Shown: one piece after another, positions 1 through 9,290 of the stretch | How positions within the stretch are numbered: the first letter of the stretch is position 1 | How the letters are laid out: each line of letters starts with the position of its first letter | Assembly: GCA_016839515.1 (NCBI GenBank) | Contig: JAEOUE010000091.1 | Location: 1 to 18,743 of the forward strand | DNA: 18,743 bases | Direction of reading: 5' to 3' | From: Candidatus Hodarchaeum mangrovi | GTDB lineage: Archaea; Asgardarchaeota; Heimdallarchaeia; Hodarchaeales; Hodarchaeaceae | The notes under the pieces: model-generated | What the model was told of the DNA's origin: nothing | Databases searched by the model: none | What the model saw: only the letters and a program-made list of their open reading frames with translations | Made by a program: the position numbers and the translations under genes

Positions 1-325
1 CATACCCATTCCCAATATACGCAATATTATTTTCCAAGATGAATTGATGAGCATAACCATTACCAGCTTGTGGTAGAAGAGCAACTTGGGTTGGATTAGA
101 GAGATCACTAATATCAAAAATTCTAAATCCTGAATATCCACAACTGACATAACAATATTCACCCTCCACTTTAAGCATATAGGCATCTCCTCCAGTTTGT
201 ACTCTAGCAAGCTCTTTTAGCTTCCATTGATCAACTTGGATTATTCCAGTTGTTAATCCATATCCAGAATAAAGATTAACCGTGATGAATAAAATAATAA
301 TAATAACCATATTTACTTTGGACAT
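1..325 (-). CDS. Secreted LVIVD-repeat (beta-propeller) protein, N-terminal part, runs off the window edge
   Basis: Not in the ORF track. Hand translation from ATG at 325 (alternative in-frame ATG at 337): MSKVNMVIIIILFITVNLYSGYG...TGGDAYMLKVEGEYCYVSCGYSGFRIFDISDLSNPTQV...AHQFILENNIAYIGNGY, open to position 2. Hydrophobic signal peptide plus the YxYV...GxxIxDISDxxNP LVIVD pattern. Confidence 0.85.
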   Translation of the reverse strand, partial: MSKVNMVIIIILFITVNLYSGYGLTTGIIQVDQWKLKELARVQTGGDAYMLKVEGEYCYVSCGYSGFRIFDISDLSNPTQVALLPQAGNGYAHQFILENNIAYIGNGY

Positions 326-464
326 GTTAACCACCATCTATTTCAATATGAATCATGTCACATTACTAGTTTTTAATAGTGGCATTAGAGGCAGTAACTA
401 GAATTTAAAAACGATCTGAAATGTTTTATCAAACCTTATTAGAGAAAAATTTGCTTTTGGATGG

Positions 465-1116
465 TTAAATTAACTCACACCATTTTGTAAATACTCTTAT
501 AGCACCATTCTTAAAGAAATCTTAGGGATTTCTATTTCTATAACATTAACCATAGCGTTCTGGGATTAAAAATTCTTGATAGCAGGAAAAATACCCAGGA
601 AAATCATCTACAATTCGAATCACTGTTTCAGAATCAAAATCATTCATAATAAGTGATAACTGCTCTTTTCGTATGATATGAAAAGGGAAATATAAAGACT
701 TGATCTTCTCTTTCAATCATATATAATCTAGAATCCTGAATCGGAAATCCAAATCGCTTTAATTCAGAAAATGTCAGTGTTTTGATTCTTTCAAGCCTTC
801 CAGTAATATATATTGATTTAAACTGTTTAGGCCATTGTTTTATGACACGTGCTGCAGCAAGGATAGGTTTTTTTAATCTCATTACCTTAATTTATGTCCT
901 ATTTTTATATAATAAAGTATCACGAAATAGTTGTCTAAGCTCATTTGTGTGAGATTTCTGGCTATTATCCGTATATTTGAAAAAAATTTGTTCTAGATCC
1001 AAGTTTAGCATATCACCCATTCTTATTTCACATTCTAAGATAGATTCAGCAATAGCCTTGGTTCTCTCTAAACTATCAATTAGTGTATCATCTATATCTA
1101 TTAAAATTGCTTTCAT
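465..1116 (-). pseudogene. HAD-superfamily hydrolase pseudogene (merges ORFs 892..1116 and 640..882 plus a downstream frame)
   Basis: Motif I ILIDIDDTL; in-frame TAA at 892-894, then the same frame gives KPILAAARVI...IYITGR (motif II); frameshift near 665-690 to IRKEQLSLIMNDFDSETVIRIVDDFP (motif IV DD); further in-frame TAA at 546-548 and 522-524, then DFFKNGAIRVFTKWCELI* ending at 465. Confidence 0.8.
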
Positions 1117-1470
1117 CAGTTCTACCCTTTAACATACTACTATTTTTATGATTACTTAATCGCGATAATAATCGTTTAAAACCCTTAATGGTAAACTATT
1201 GGATTAGGTTGAAAAGGGGTTAATTTGATTTTTTTTCTAAATATTTGTGATTCAATAGTGACCATACATCAAGAGCACCTCTTTAATTACGACTTAATTT
1301 AGAATCAAAGGAATTGGTAAATCAATCATTCATTTCAATGCCCCTTTTTTACGAAAATCAGACTAATCACTTGCGATAAACATATCTTAAGGAATTTAAA
1401 AGTCAATTTTTTATCAAAAATTGCACATATGGGGGATAAAAAACCCAACTAATTTATAGGTGAAACTTAA

Positions 1471-3177
1471 TTGAAATTAAAGCAATTAACAATTGTTAAC
1501 TTATTATTATTATTTTTCCTTTCTACTACTGTAATTTATAGTAGTTTTGGATTTATAGCGACAGACACCCCAATTATTGATGGTGTTATATCAAATGATG
1601 AATATCTAGCATCTAAAAGCTTCAGTTCAGGGGATTACATGCTTTATTGGCAAATTGAAGGAGATATGATTTATTTTGGAATTGAAGTTGATACAAGTGG
1701 GTGGGTAGCTGTTGGATTTGAACCAACTTTTGCTATGAAAGATGCTGATATGGTTTTTGCATGGGTAGAAAGCAATGGAACAGTAGTAATATTTGATGTT
1801 TATGCTACAGGAAATTATGGTCCTCATCCTCCAGATGTTGATCAAGGAGGTACATTCGATATCCTTTCTTATGATGGACTTGAAGGGTCAGGAAAAACTA
1901 CCATAGAGTTTTCTCGTAAGCTAAACACTGGTGATACATATGACAAAATAATACCCACATCTGGAACTTTTAACATTATATGGGCAACTGGAACTGCCGA
2001 TAACTTTGGATTACAACACGATCGAAGAGGATCTGCTTCTTTAAATATGGAAGAGGGGTTAGTTAAGGCAGTTGTAGAGGTAGAAGATCAACCAATAGTG
2101 GATGGGAGAGTTTGGATTCCTAAGGTGGATTCAGTTGGCCCTGGTTGGATAGTAATACATAATCAAACAACTGGTGAAACATTCGGTGCCATACTAGGCT
2201 ATACTCATTTGGAAAACGGTACTAATGAAAAAATCTTAGTAAAACTCGATTTAAGTAAGAGAACAGATACATTATTCGCAATGCTTCATACAGACGCTGG
2301 GGTTATTGGAACCTTTGAGTTTCCAGGAGTTGATGGTCCAGTTAAAGATGCACAAGATAATATTATTGCACCTAGCTTTAAGATTTCTGATGTCTTGGAT
2401 AGTTCAGTTAGTGTTTCTAATCAACCTGTAGTAGATGATAAAGTTACAATTGATAGTATTGTAAGTAGTGGATTTGGGTGGATTGTCATCCATAACAAAA
2501 CTAATACTGGGACCCCAGGAACAATCCTTGGATATAAAGAGTTAGATCATGGTGTTAATCCATATATTATTGTCGAAATTGAAGAGGAATCAAGAACTGA
2601 AACCGTATTTGCTATGCTTCATGCAGATAATGGAACATATGGTTCATTTGAATTTCCTGGCCCTGATGGCCCAGTGAAGGATAGTTCTGACCAAGTAATT
2701 ACTCCAGCCTTCAATATAACTTATATATTTACTTCTTCTGTTATGATTGAAGATCAAGAAATAGTGAATGACAAAGTGACCGTAAATCAAGCTATCATTG
2801 CAGGATTAGGATGGATAGTAATTCATGCTGATAATGTAGGCAGTCCTGGAAGTATTCTTGGATACACACAAGTTTTTCACGGTGTAAATAGTAATATTGA
2901 AGTGAGTCTCTCTACATCTGATAGAACTTCTACTATGTATGCAATGTTATATACTGATGAAGATGAATTAGGTGTTTTTGAATTTCCAGGGTCTGATATT
3001 CCAGTGAAAGATGATTCGGGAAATGTAATTACCCCTAGCTTCATTATAACTAATTTTACTGAACCTACTACTACAACTACCTCAACAACTACTCTTTCAA
3101 CACCTGGGTTTACATTACTCCCTGTTTTGACTTTATTAGGACTTGCAGTGTTTTTCTTCAGGGAACGAAAGCAATAA
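1471..3177 (+). CDS. Cell-surface protein: signal peptide, DOMON domain, three ~111-aa DUF7282-like repeats, Thr-rich linker, PGF-CTERM-like anchor
   Basis: TTG start after AGGTGA. DOMON signature LYW...GWVAVGF...MKDADMVFAW...IEFSRKLNTGD...IIWA.G...H. Repeats carry GWIVIH...ILGY...AML(H/Y)xDxxxxGxFEFPGxDxPVKD. Tail STPGFTLLPVLTLLGLAVFFFRERKQ. Confidence 0.9.
   Translation: MKLKQLTIVNLLLLFFLSTTVIYSSFGFIATDTPIIDGVISNDEYLASKSFSSGDYMLYWQIEGDMIYFGIEVDTSGWVAVGFEPTFAMKDADMVFAWVESNGTVVIFDVYATGNYGPHPPDVDQGGTFDILSYDGLEGSGKTTIEFSRKLNTGDTYDKIIPTSGTFNIIWATGTADNFGLQHDRRGSASLNMEEGLVKAVVEVEDQPIVDGRVWIPKVDSVGPGWIVIHNQTTGETFGAILGYTHLENGTNEKILVKLDLSKRTDTLFAMLHTDAGVIGTFEFPGVDGPVKDAQDNIIAPSFKISDVLDSSVSVSNQPVVDDKVTIDSIVSSGFGWIVIHNKTNTGTPGTILGYKELDHGVNPYIIVEIEEESRTETVFAMLHADNGTYGSFEFPGPDGPVKDSSDQVITPAFNITYIFTSSVMIEDQEIVNDKVTVNQAIIAGLGWIVIHADNVGSPGSILGYTQVFHGVNSNIEVSLSTSDRTSTMYAMLYTDEDELGVFEFPGSDIPVKDDSGNVITPSFIITNFTEPTTTTTSTTTLSTPGFTLLPVLTLLGLAVFFFRERKQ
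2068..3048 (+). repeat. Three intragenic tandem domain repeats (about 2068-2385, 2401-2718, 2734-3048), starts 333 nt apart
   Basis: Aligned translations AVVEVEDQP / SSVSVSNQP / SSVMIEDQE through PSFKI / PAFNI / PSFII; the DNA has diverged at synonymous sites. Confidence 0.9.
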
Positions 3178-3220
3178 TTCATTTAATAAAGGGAGGGAAA
3201 TTATTTTTTTTTATATAAAA

Positions 3221-3760
3221 CTAATCTACCATCAATAACGCGTAACGATTCATGACTTCTGTATAATCTTTCAGAACCTTAATCGGATAACCTATATTTT
3301 TAACTGTAGAAAAAAGATCGACTGCCATACCTTCTGGAGTTGGTCTTGACTGTTTAGGGTGTTTACAGTCTTTTGAATTACTTGTACATTCCTCACAAAG
3401 ATAGCAACTATCTATAGGTAAGATAAATGCCTTTACATATCCTTCTAGGAATACAATTTTTTCAAGTTTTAATAATTTCATATTCATGGTTTTGGACCAT
3501 TTGTGACGTGTTTCAGGATCCTCTAATTGTTTTTCAAATCGAAAAATTACTGCATTTTTATATTCATGAAAGAATTTCTCACACTCTGCAACTGATGGCG
3601 TGTTGGGAGGGCAAACTGCACTATTCCCAAATTCTGGGCATCCAAACATACACTTAAGACGTACCCATTGAGAAACAATAATCTGTTGAGGATCAATCCA
3701 TTTAAAATCGCTAAATCCCTGTTCCCTAAATTTTTCTTCCAATTCTTGATTATTTAGCAT
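3221..3760 (-). CDS. DUF2284 family predicted metal-binding protein
   Basis: VRLKCMFGCPEFGNSAVCPP, CYLCEEC, CKHP..SRPTPE.MAVD...TV Cys pattern characteristic of DUF2284. Confidence 0.88.
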   Translation of the reverse strand: MLNNQELEEKFREQGFSDFKWIDPQQIIVSQWVRLKCMFGCPEFGNSAVCPPNTPSVAECEKFFHEYKNAVIFRFEKQLEDPETRHKWSKTMNMKLLKLEKIVFLEGYVKAFILPIDSCYLCEECTSNSKDCKHPKQSRPTPEGMAVDLFSTVKNIGYPIKVLKDYTEVMNRYALLMVD

Positions 3761-3961
3761 GTCTATTTGATAATTTCAATAGAAGAAAAATATTATGATA
3801 GGTATCCCTTTTCAAGTTACATGTTTTAGAAAACAAATAAGGCTTTTTTCAGATTTATTCTATTTTAATGTTAAGTATATATTTTATATCTGAAAATGAG
3901 AACAAATTTTTTCATGAATGGAATATGTAAGGAAACCTAGGACAATGTAAGAGGATTTATA

Positions 3962-4028
3962 GTCTCATGAAATCAAAAATTCTCAAGCAGCAGAATTAGT
4001 TTACACATCCTAACTCCTTTCATGAGAC
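3962..4028. repeat. Perfect 11-bp inverted repeat GTCTCATGAAA (3962-3972) / TTTCATGAGAC (4018-4028), 45-nt spacer
   Basis: Read directly from the sequence, in the intergenic region upstream of the DUF2284 gene. Confidence 0.6.
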
Positions 4029-4175
4029 ATCTTTAAAAATACTACTGTTTTTCCTTTTCATTTTGTCTCCCTACAAATTAAATTTATTTCTCTATATTTC
4101 TCCTAGTAATGTTTCTTTACATTTCTTATATAAAAATGGTAATTCAAGACAAACACAGGCAATTTCAAAGAGAAA

Positions 4176-4892
4176 TCAGCTAATTGAAATCTTTTCTTTA
4201 CCAGTTATCATTCCAACCAAACGATTGCGATTTCGAGGTAGTATCGCTAATAGAAAATGAACAAAAGTCGTTAATAAAAAGTATAAATACACTAAACGAT
4301 GAACAATTTGTAAATCAATGGTTAATAACTCTAAAGGAGCTACAATAAGAGTGAATAATGCAGTGAATAAACTGGGAAGATATCCAGGAAATAATGACTC
4401 TGACATGACTATACCTGTAGATCCAATAATAAAAATGGCTATCAGATTTGTCAAAGTAAGTAATTTCTGTGCAGGATGAAATTTCAAACCATATCTTTTC
4501 TCCTCTATGATATAATAGGCATGTTGTGGGTATTGAGATGAGGGGAGAATTTTTATTGTACAAAGTAGAATTATTATTAATTCCCGAAAATCTCTATAAG
4601 TTGGAAAAATTTCCTTGGCTTTTTTATATTTAAAAATGAAGTACATGTAAAAAAACAGATACCAACAAGCTATGGTTCCACCAAGAGCGAAATGAAAAAT
4701 TTGGGTAAAATATTCTGTTCCAACAAAATATGTGTTACTAAAAAGCTCTAATCCAGTAAAAAAGAATAAAAGCATGATAAAAACATGAATCCAATGATTT
4801 AATCGTTCTAATCGTGTATATCTCTCAACTACTATATTTTTGACGGTTTTATGGAGATTTTCCTCTGTCAAATCTGAATTGGTTTCAATCAC
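4176..4892 (-). CDS. Di-heme cytochrome b membrane protein (FdnI / Ni-Fe hydrogenase cytochrome b type)
   Basis: GTG start after GGAG. RYTRLERLNHW, IFHFALG, KFHPAQKL, IVHRL...FVHFLLA, MITG: four TM helices with four His heme ligands in the canonical spacing. Confidence 0.88.
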   Translation of the reverse strand: MIETNSDLTEENLHKTVKNIVVERYTRLERLNHWIHVFIMLLFFFTGLELFSNTYFVGTEYFTQIFHFALGGTIACWYLFFYMYFIFKYKKAKEIFPTYRDFRELIIILLCTIKILPSSQYPQHAYYIIEEKRYGLKFHPAQKLLTLTNLIAIFIIGSTGIVMSESLFPGYLPSLFTALFTLIVAPLELLTIDLQIVHRLVYLYFLLTTFVHFLLAILPRNRNRLVGMITGKEKISIS

Positions 4893-5142
4893 GGGTGCAG
4901 TCTCCTTTTTTTAAATAATTTTTACTAATTTGGAATTAGAGAATTTATCTTATAAGATATTATTAATTATTTGTGTTTCTTTCATTCTAAAAGACAACAG
5001 AATACTAAATAAATCTAGACATCTTTTTCATCCCATTTTTTGTAAACTCCAACAAAGTAAAATCTCTAGTTCAGGAAATTAATACGTTTATGAAGTAGCA
5101 GCTCTGTTCCATCCCAGCTGTAGGGAAAAAGAGAACTTCAAT

Positions 5143-6183
5143 CTAGCGAATCTGTATCAAAAGATTTTTTTGAGCTTTTTCAGCATGTATTATTATCTGT
5201 TCAATAATGGTTGATACACTCTCAATACTACTGATCAAACCAATACTTTGGCCAAGAAGAACAGCTCCATCAGTTATATTACCTTGATAAGCTAAATCAT
5301 ATGCTTGAGCTGCTTTAATTAACTCTTCTGAACTCATTGCAGCCTCTTGGGCTAATTTTTCTCCTTTGTTAGCAACTAAATTACGTTGTAAACTATAAGC
5401 ATTTTTCCAAAGTCGGATTGGCCCTAAAATCCCTGTTACTAACACAGTGTCTTGAGCATTCGCAGGTGGAACAACATTTTTATAGGTATCATGAAATTCA
5501 CATTCATGGGAGGCGATGAACCGTGAACCCATTGCTATTGCCCCAGCCCCAAGTGCCAATGCTGCCAGTAAACCCCCTCCTGTGGCAAATCCTCCGCAAG
5601 CAATTCTAGGTATCATGGGAAATTTCTGTTGCACCTGTTGAAGAAGCACAAGGGTACTTACTTTTTCATAAGACTGGTGTCCCCCTCCTTCACTCCCTGT
5701 GACTACTAATCCATCCACACCAGCATTTATACACTTTTCAGCTAAGCTTAATGCTGGAGCAACATGAAAAAGCTTAATTTCTGTGGTGTTCCTTAAATCT
5801 TGAAAGGTTTTGGATCGGGGTAAGATGGCAGCTGACCCTGCACTAGTAACTACATATCTACACTGCTTTTGAATATGAGGATTATCTAAAATAAATTGAG
5901 GGATTTCTGTACATAATTTATCCACAAAGGGTTCTAATCGGGATGTTCTGATGTTAAATCCAAAAGGTTTATCAGTATGCTCCACAACATAGTTCATATT
6001 TCGTTTCAGTTCGGTTACAGGATCTATATCTTTATTTAACAGACCTGGTTGTGATAGAACACCTAATCCTCCTGCTTCAGAAACTGCTACCGTCAATTCT
6101 GTAGTATAGAAAGGAGCCATTGGAGCAGCAATAATAGGATGTTTTATCCCAAGCATCTCGGTAATTTGGGTTTTGATTACCAT
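5143..6183 (-). CDS. Nitronate monooxygenase / FabK enoyl-ACP reductase family FMN TIM-barrel flavoprotein
   Basis: TQITEMLGIKHPIIAAPM, AVSEAGGLGVL, TDKPFGFN, GSEGGGH, IACGGF..GGGLLAALALGAGAIAMGSRFIASHEC, GQSIGLI. Confidence 0.92.
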   Translation of the reverse strand: MVIKTQITEMLGIKHPIIAAPMAPFYTTELTVAVSEAGGLGVLSQPGLLNKDIDPVTELKRNMNYVVEHTDKPFGFNIRTSRLEPFVDKLCTEIPQFILDNPHIQKQCRYVVTSAGSAAILPRSKTFQDLRNTTEIKLFHVAPALSLAEKCINAGVDGLVVTGSEGGGHQSYEKVSTLVLLQQVQQKFPMIPRIACGGFATGGGLLAALALGAGAIAMGSRFIASHECEFHDTYKNVVPPANAQDTVLVTGILGPIRLWKNAYSLQRNLVANKGEKLAQEAAMSSEELIKAAQAYDLAYQGNITDGAVLLGQSIGLISSIESVSTIIEQIIIHAEKAQKNLLIQIR

Positions 6184-6389
6184 TGGTCTTCACATTCTCA
6201 TATGTTTTATGGTATTTAGAGAAAGTATACGAGGATTATATTATTCAATACCTTATGTTTTTAAATATAGGAGTATTACATAAAGATTCATTGAAAACAC
6301 CGTATAAAGGAATTGAAAAAAAATAATTATTCTACTTAATAGAAATTATAATCTCGGAATTTCATAACGAAGTCTAATTTGGGTTTAAT

Positions 6390-6869
6390 ATGGATGAACA
6401 AATGAAAAATGATGATATTCTTACACGAGCCTATAAAAGGATGCACCGATATACTTGTGGGGAAGCCTCACTTCAAGCATTATTGGAATTATGGGATTTA
6501 CCCCTTGAAACTAATTCTTGGGGTACTGCGGGTTATTTAGGAGCAATTGGATCAGGTAATACTACCTGCGGACTTTTAATTGGAAGTAGTATCGCAATCG
6601 GTCTTAAATGTGGACATGGGAACCAAGGAATTCCAGAACAAAATAATGATGATAGAGAAAAAGCCATTCAAGCTGTTAATGAACTTTACAATGAATTTTT
6701 GACAAAATTTGGTAGTACGGATTGTCAAACACTCAATAAAGTTGATTTTCGAAAAGGAGAAGAAATAACAGAATGGATGATCCAAAAAGGATGGAAACAA
6801 ACCTGTGATATTTTTTTGAATTTTACCATAAAAAAATGTCAGTCAATGGTAGAAGATGGAAAATTATAA
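6390..6869 (+). CDS. C_GCAxxG_C_C family putative redox-active protein
   Basis: YTCGEASL, GAIGSGNTTCGLLIGS, FLTKFGSTDCQTL, C-terminal QTC: the four-Cys family pattern. Confidence 0.85.
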   Translation: MDEQMKNDDILTRAYKRMHRYTCGEASLQALLELWDLPLETNSWGTAGYLGAIGSGNTTCGLLIGSSIAIGLKCGHGNQGIPEQNNDDREKAIQAVNELYNEFLTKFGSTDCQTLNKVDFRKGEEITEWMIQKGWKQTCDIFLNFTIKKCQSMVEDGKL

Positions 6870-7124
6870 TTTAAATTAATAATTCCTGTGAAATTAATGG
6901 AGATCTACTAGTTCAAAAGCCATTCGATCGCTTCTGATATATTTTTTCATCTTACTTAATAGAGGAAGACCAATCCTGGGAATTTAAAACGAAGATTAAA
7001 AAGATCTATAACTAAAATCATTGAATCGAAAATTTCTACTGTTTTTAAACCCCTAAAGAGGAATGAAAAAATCTAGAATCAAAAATATCTTTTCTTCTCT
7101 TTTTAACTGGAGGGATATTTGATT

Positions 7125-8432
7125 TTAAACCTTAGGGAGTCTAATCAAACCAATTCCCGTAAAAAATGCTCCAATACCACTAATAATTGCTGTCAAAAGG
7201 ATGGTTTCAGCAAATCCATAACTAGAGAGAATATATCCTCCAGCTAAAGCCCCAAATATACCAATCGAATTTGTAATAGTAGGTAAAAGAGAATAAAAGC
7301 TATTTCGTGACTCATCGGGTATAAGATCTAAATTTAATTGATTTCGTAGAATAAATTCAAGCGCTTCAAAAATACTTGGCATTTGAAATACAAAGACAAG
7401 TCCAAGGAGGAGAAAAACGTTAACTTCAATGGGAGGGAAATTAAGATAGTATATATAGATGGCGAGGAAAAATAATGGATTAGAAAAATTTGTAGTAATA
7501 AAAATCCATAATCTATTACGTTTTAAGCGGGTAATATATTTTACAATAAAAAATTGCCACAAAACGCCTGAGGCAAAAATTAAGGCACGGATTAACGCAG
7601 TGGTATCATCCTGACCCCCTGAATACCCCTCATATATACGAAAAAGTAAGAAATTTACCCAAATGCTATTATTAGCGGCCCAAATTATAGTGGATCCAAT
7701 AAAAAATAGAAAAATCCCATGATGGGATATTAACACTTTTATGCCATTGAAAAATTGTCCAAAATAACTTCTGATCGTAATTTGATCTTTCTTATCAATT
7801 GTATCTCTAATTAAAACGATAATCAAGAAAAGAACGAAAATAAGAAAAACAAGGGAAATTAAAAACAGTATTTTGCGAGAGAAGACCTGTGCTATAACTC
7901 CTCCAAAGAGAATCGAGAAACCATAGAGTGCGTGTGTTAATATTGATCTTCGTGCTTGAAAATTTTTGTAAATCTTCCTTTGAGGGTCATCTGTGTTCAT
8001 CAATCGTCTATAATTATTATCAAACCACGCTTCTAAAGCTCCACTTTCTTGTGAAGAGGCAAAAGCAGAAATTGCGCTATAAAAGAGGAGCCCTAAAAAT
8101 GACTCAGAGATTATTAAAAGGATGAAAGAGAGAATATGAAAGATATAGGCTAGAATCAATACTTTTTGATGGCCGATTACATCCCCAAGTACCCCTGTAG
8201 GATAATCAACAATCGTAAGAATAAAAAAACTCAGAGCAAATAGAAATCCCACTTGTGTTGGTACCAAAGAATCAAGCAAAAATAAGACAATAAACATACT
8301 AGAGATGGTAAACGCAATTAATCTGATAGCGTCGAGAATTAAATAACTTAAGAGTAACGTTTCTGCCTTTTCGTCTAATTTATCGCCGATAAATGCCCAA
8401 TTGATCAATTCTCTCACTGAAGAGCCACCCAT
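7125..8432 (-). CDS. Major facilitator superfamily transporter
   Basis: About 12 hydrophobic segments; DYPTGVLGDVIGHQK (motif A-like), SGALEAW, IPDESRNSFYS. Confidence 0.9.
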   Translation of the reverse strand: MGGSSVRELINWAFIGDKLDEKAETLLLSYLILDAIRLIAFTISSMFIVLFLLDSLVPTQVGFLFALSFFILTIVDYPTGVLGDVIGHQKVLILAYIFHILSFILLIISESFLGLLFYSAISAFASSQESGALEAWFDNNYRRLMNTDDPQRKIYKNFQARRSILTHALYGFSILFGGVIAQVFSRKILFLISLVFLIFVLFLIIVLIRDTIDKKDQITIRSYFGQFFNGIKVLISHHGIFLFFIGSTIIWAANNSIWVNFLLFRIYEGYSGGQDDTTALIRALIFASGVLWQFFIVKYITRLKRNRLWIFITTNFSNPLFFLAIYIYYLNFPPIEVNVFLLLGLVFVFQMPSIFEALEFILRNQLNLDLIPDESRNSFYSLLPTITNSIGIFGALAGGYILSSYGFAETILLTAIISGIGAFFTGIGLIRLPKV

Positions 8433-8627
8433 AAGAAAGTATTTTTGTGGAATGGAAAGGATGACTTCTCGCTATAATTATTTACTTTTTTATTGTGGTA
8501 AATTTTCTACTGCTCAAAGAATATTTTTTCTCATTACCAATACACCAAACTAATTTGATGAAACTTTCTCTCTTGAAAAGTAATAACTCTGTACCAAGTT
8601 CAAATTCTTAATCAAACGATAAAATGT

Positions 8628-9290
8628 GTATCAGAAGTGTATATCAATGAGTCACAGCCTTCATGATCATCTAAGTGTTGTACAGTTTATGCTTTAGAAC
8701 ACTGTTCAACGGTGGGAGAATTAGTTGTAATGTGCCAAAACTATCTATTTCCTGATGTCACTCCATCAGCATTATAACTTCATTATACTGACACAACAGG
8801 CAAAGCTATACTAATAAACATTCAAACAAATGGATCATTAGCATTTAAAATGAAAAAGAATGAAATAAATCTTGTATCGAAGAATTTCAACCTTCTTAAT
8901 CCTAATTCGGGGAGATATCCCTACTCATGTTATAACACTATAATTTCTATGTTATAACCATTAAACATGCAAGAAAATATTTCATTGAATGAACTCGAGG
9001 AAATTCTTAATGCAGTTCTTGTAGAAGGCCCTAAAGGAGAGACGAATTCAGTTCAGACTCTCTATAGGACAATTTTTGACCTGAAGAAAAAATAAATCTC
9101 TTTATATTACTAACTTGATTTTGAGAAGATAATAAACCTGAATTTAGAGACTAAATTAACTGAAGGATTTCATTATTACTTAATGAGTAAGCTGTTTCCA
9201 ACTTCTTCCTCTATTACCTATCCAGAAGGAGCTACAGAAAGTAAAGCCCCTCTACTAGACCAACTTCAGGAGGATCAATTACTAGCATAA
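8628..9290 (+). pseudogene. Ntn-hydrolase (choloylglycine hydrolase / acylase-like) pseudogene, 5'-truncated
   Basis: Absent from the ORF track. One frame reads YALEHCSTVGEL...AL*LHYTDTTGKAILI...NGSLAF...LVSKNFNLLNPNSGRYPYSCYNTIISML*...EILNAV..EG...TLYRTIFDLKKK*ISLYY*LDFEKIINLNL...LMSKLF, with stops at 8664 (TGA) and 8775, 8955, 9093, 9111 (TAA). Resembles the LExCxTVxE, HxxDxxG, xTNF and TxYSxxxDL motifs of this family as I recall them. Confidence 0.7.

Noticed and set aside
5143-6183. Calling the flavoprotein fabK and linking it to the lipid pair
   Set aside because: NMO and FabK cannot be separated by eye, the gene is about 10 kb from the acyltransferase, and no other fatty-acid synthesis genes are present.
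3221-6869. Selenocysteine (in-frame TGA) in the Cys-rich redox proteins
   Set aside because: No in-frame TGA in DUF2284 or the C_GCAxxG_C_C gene; all motif Cys are ordinary codons and no convincing SECIS was seen.
465-9290. TAA stop-codon reassignment or readthrough explaining the in-frame stops
   Set aside because: Intact genes end at TAA exactly where expected (3175-3177, 6867-6869, 12486-12488), and the broken genes also show frameshifts, truncation and motif decay.
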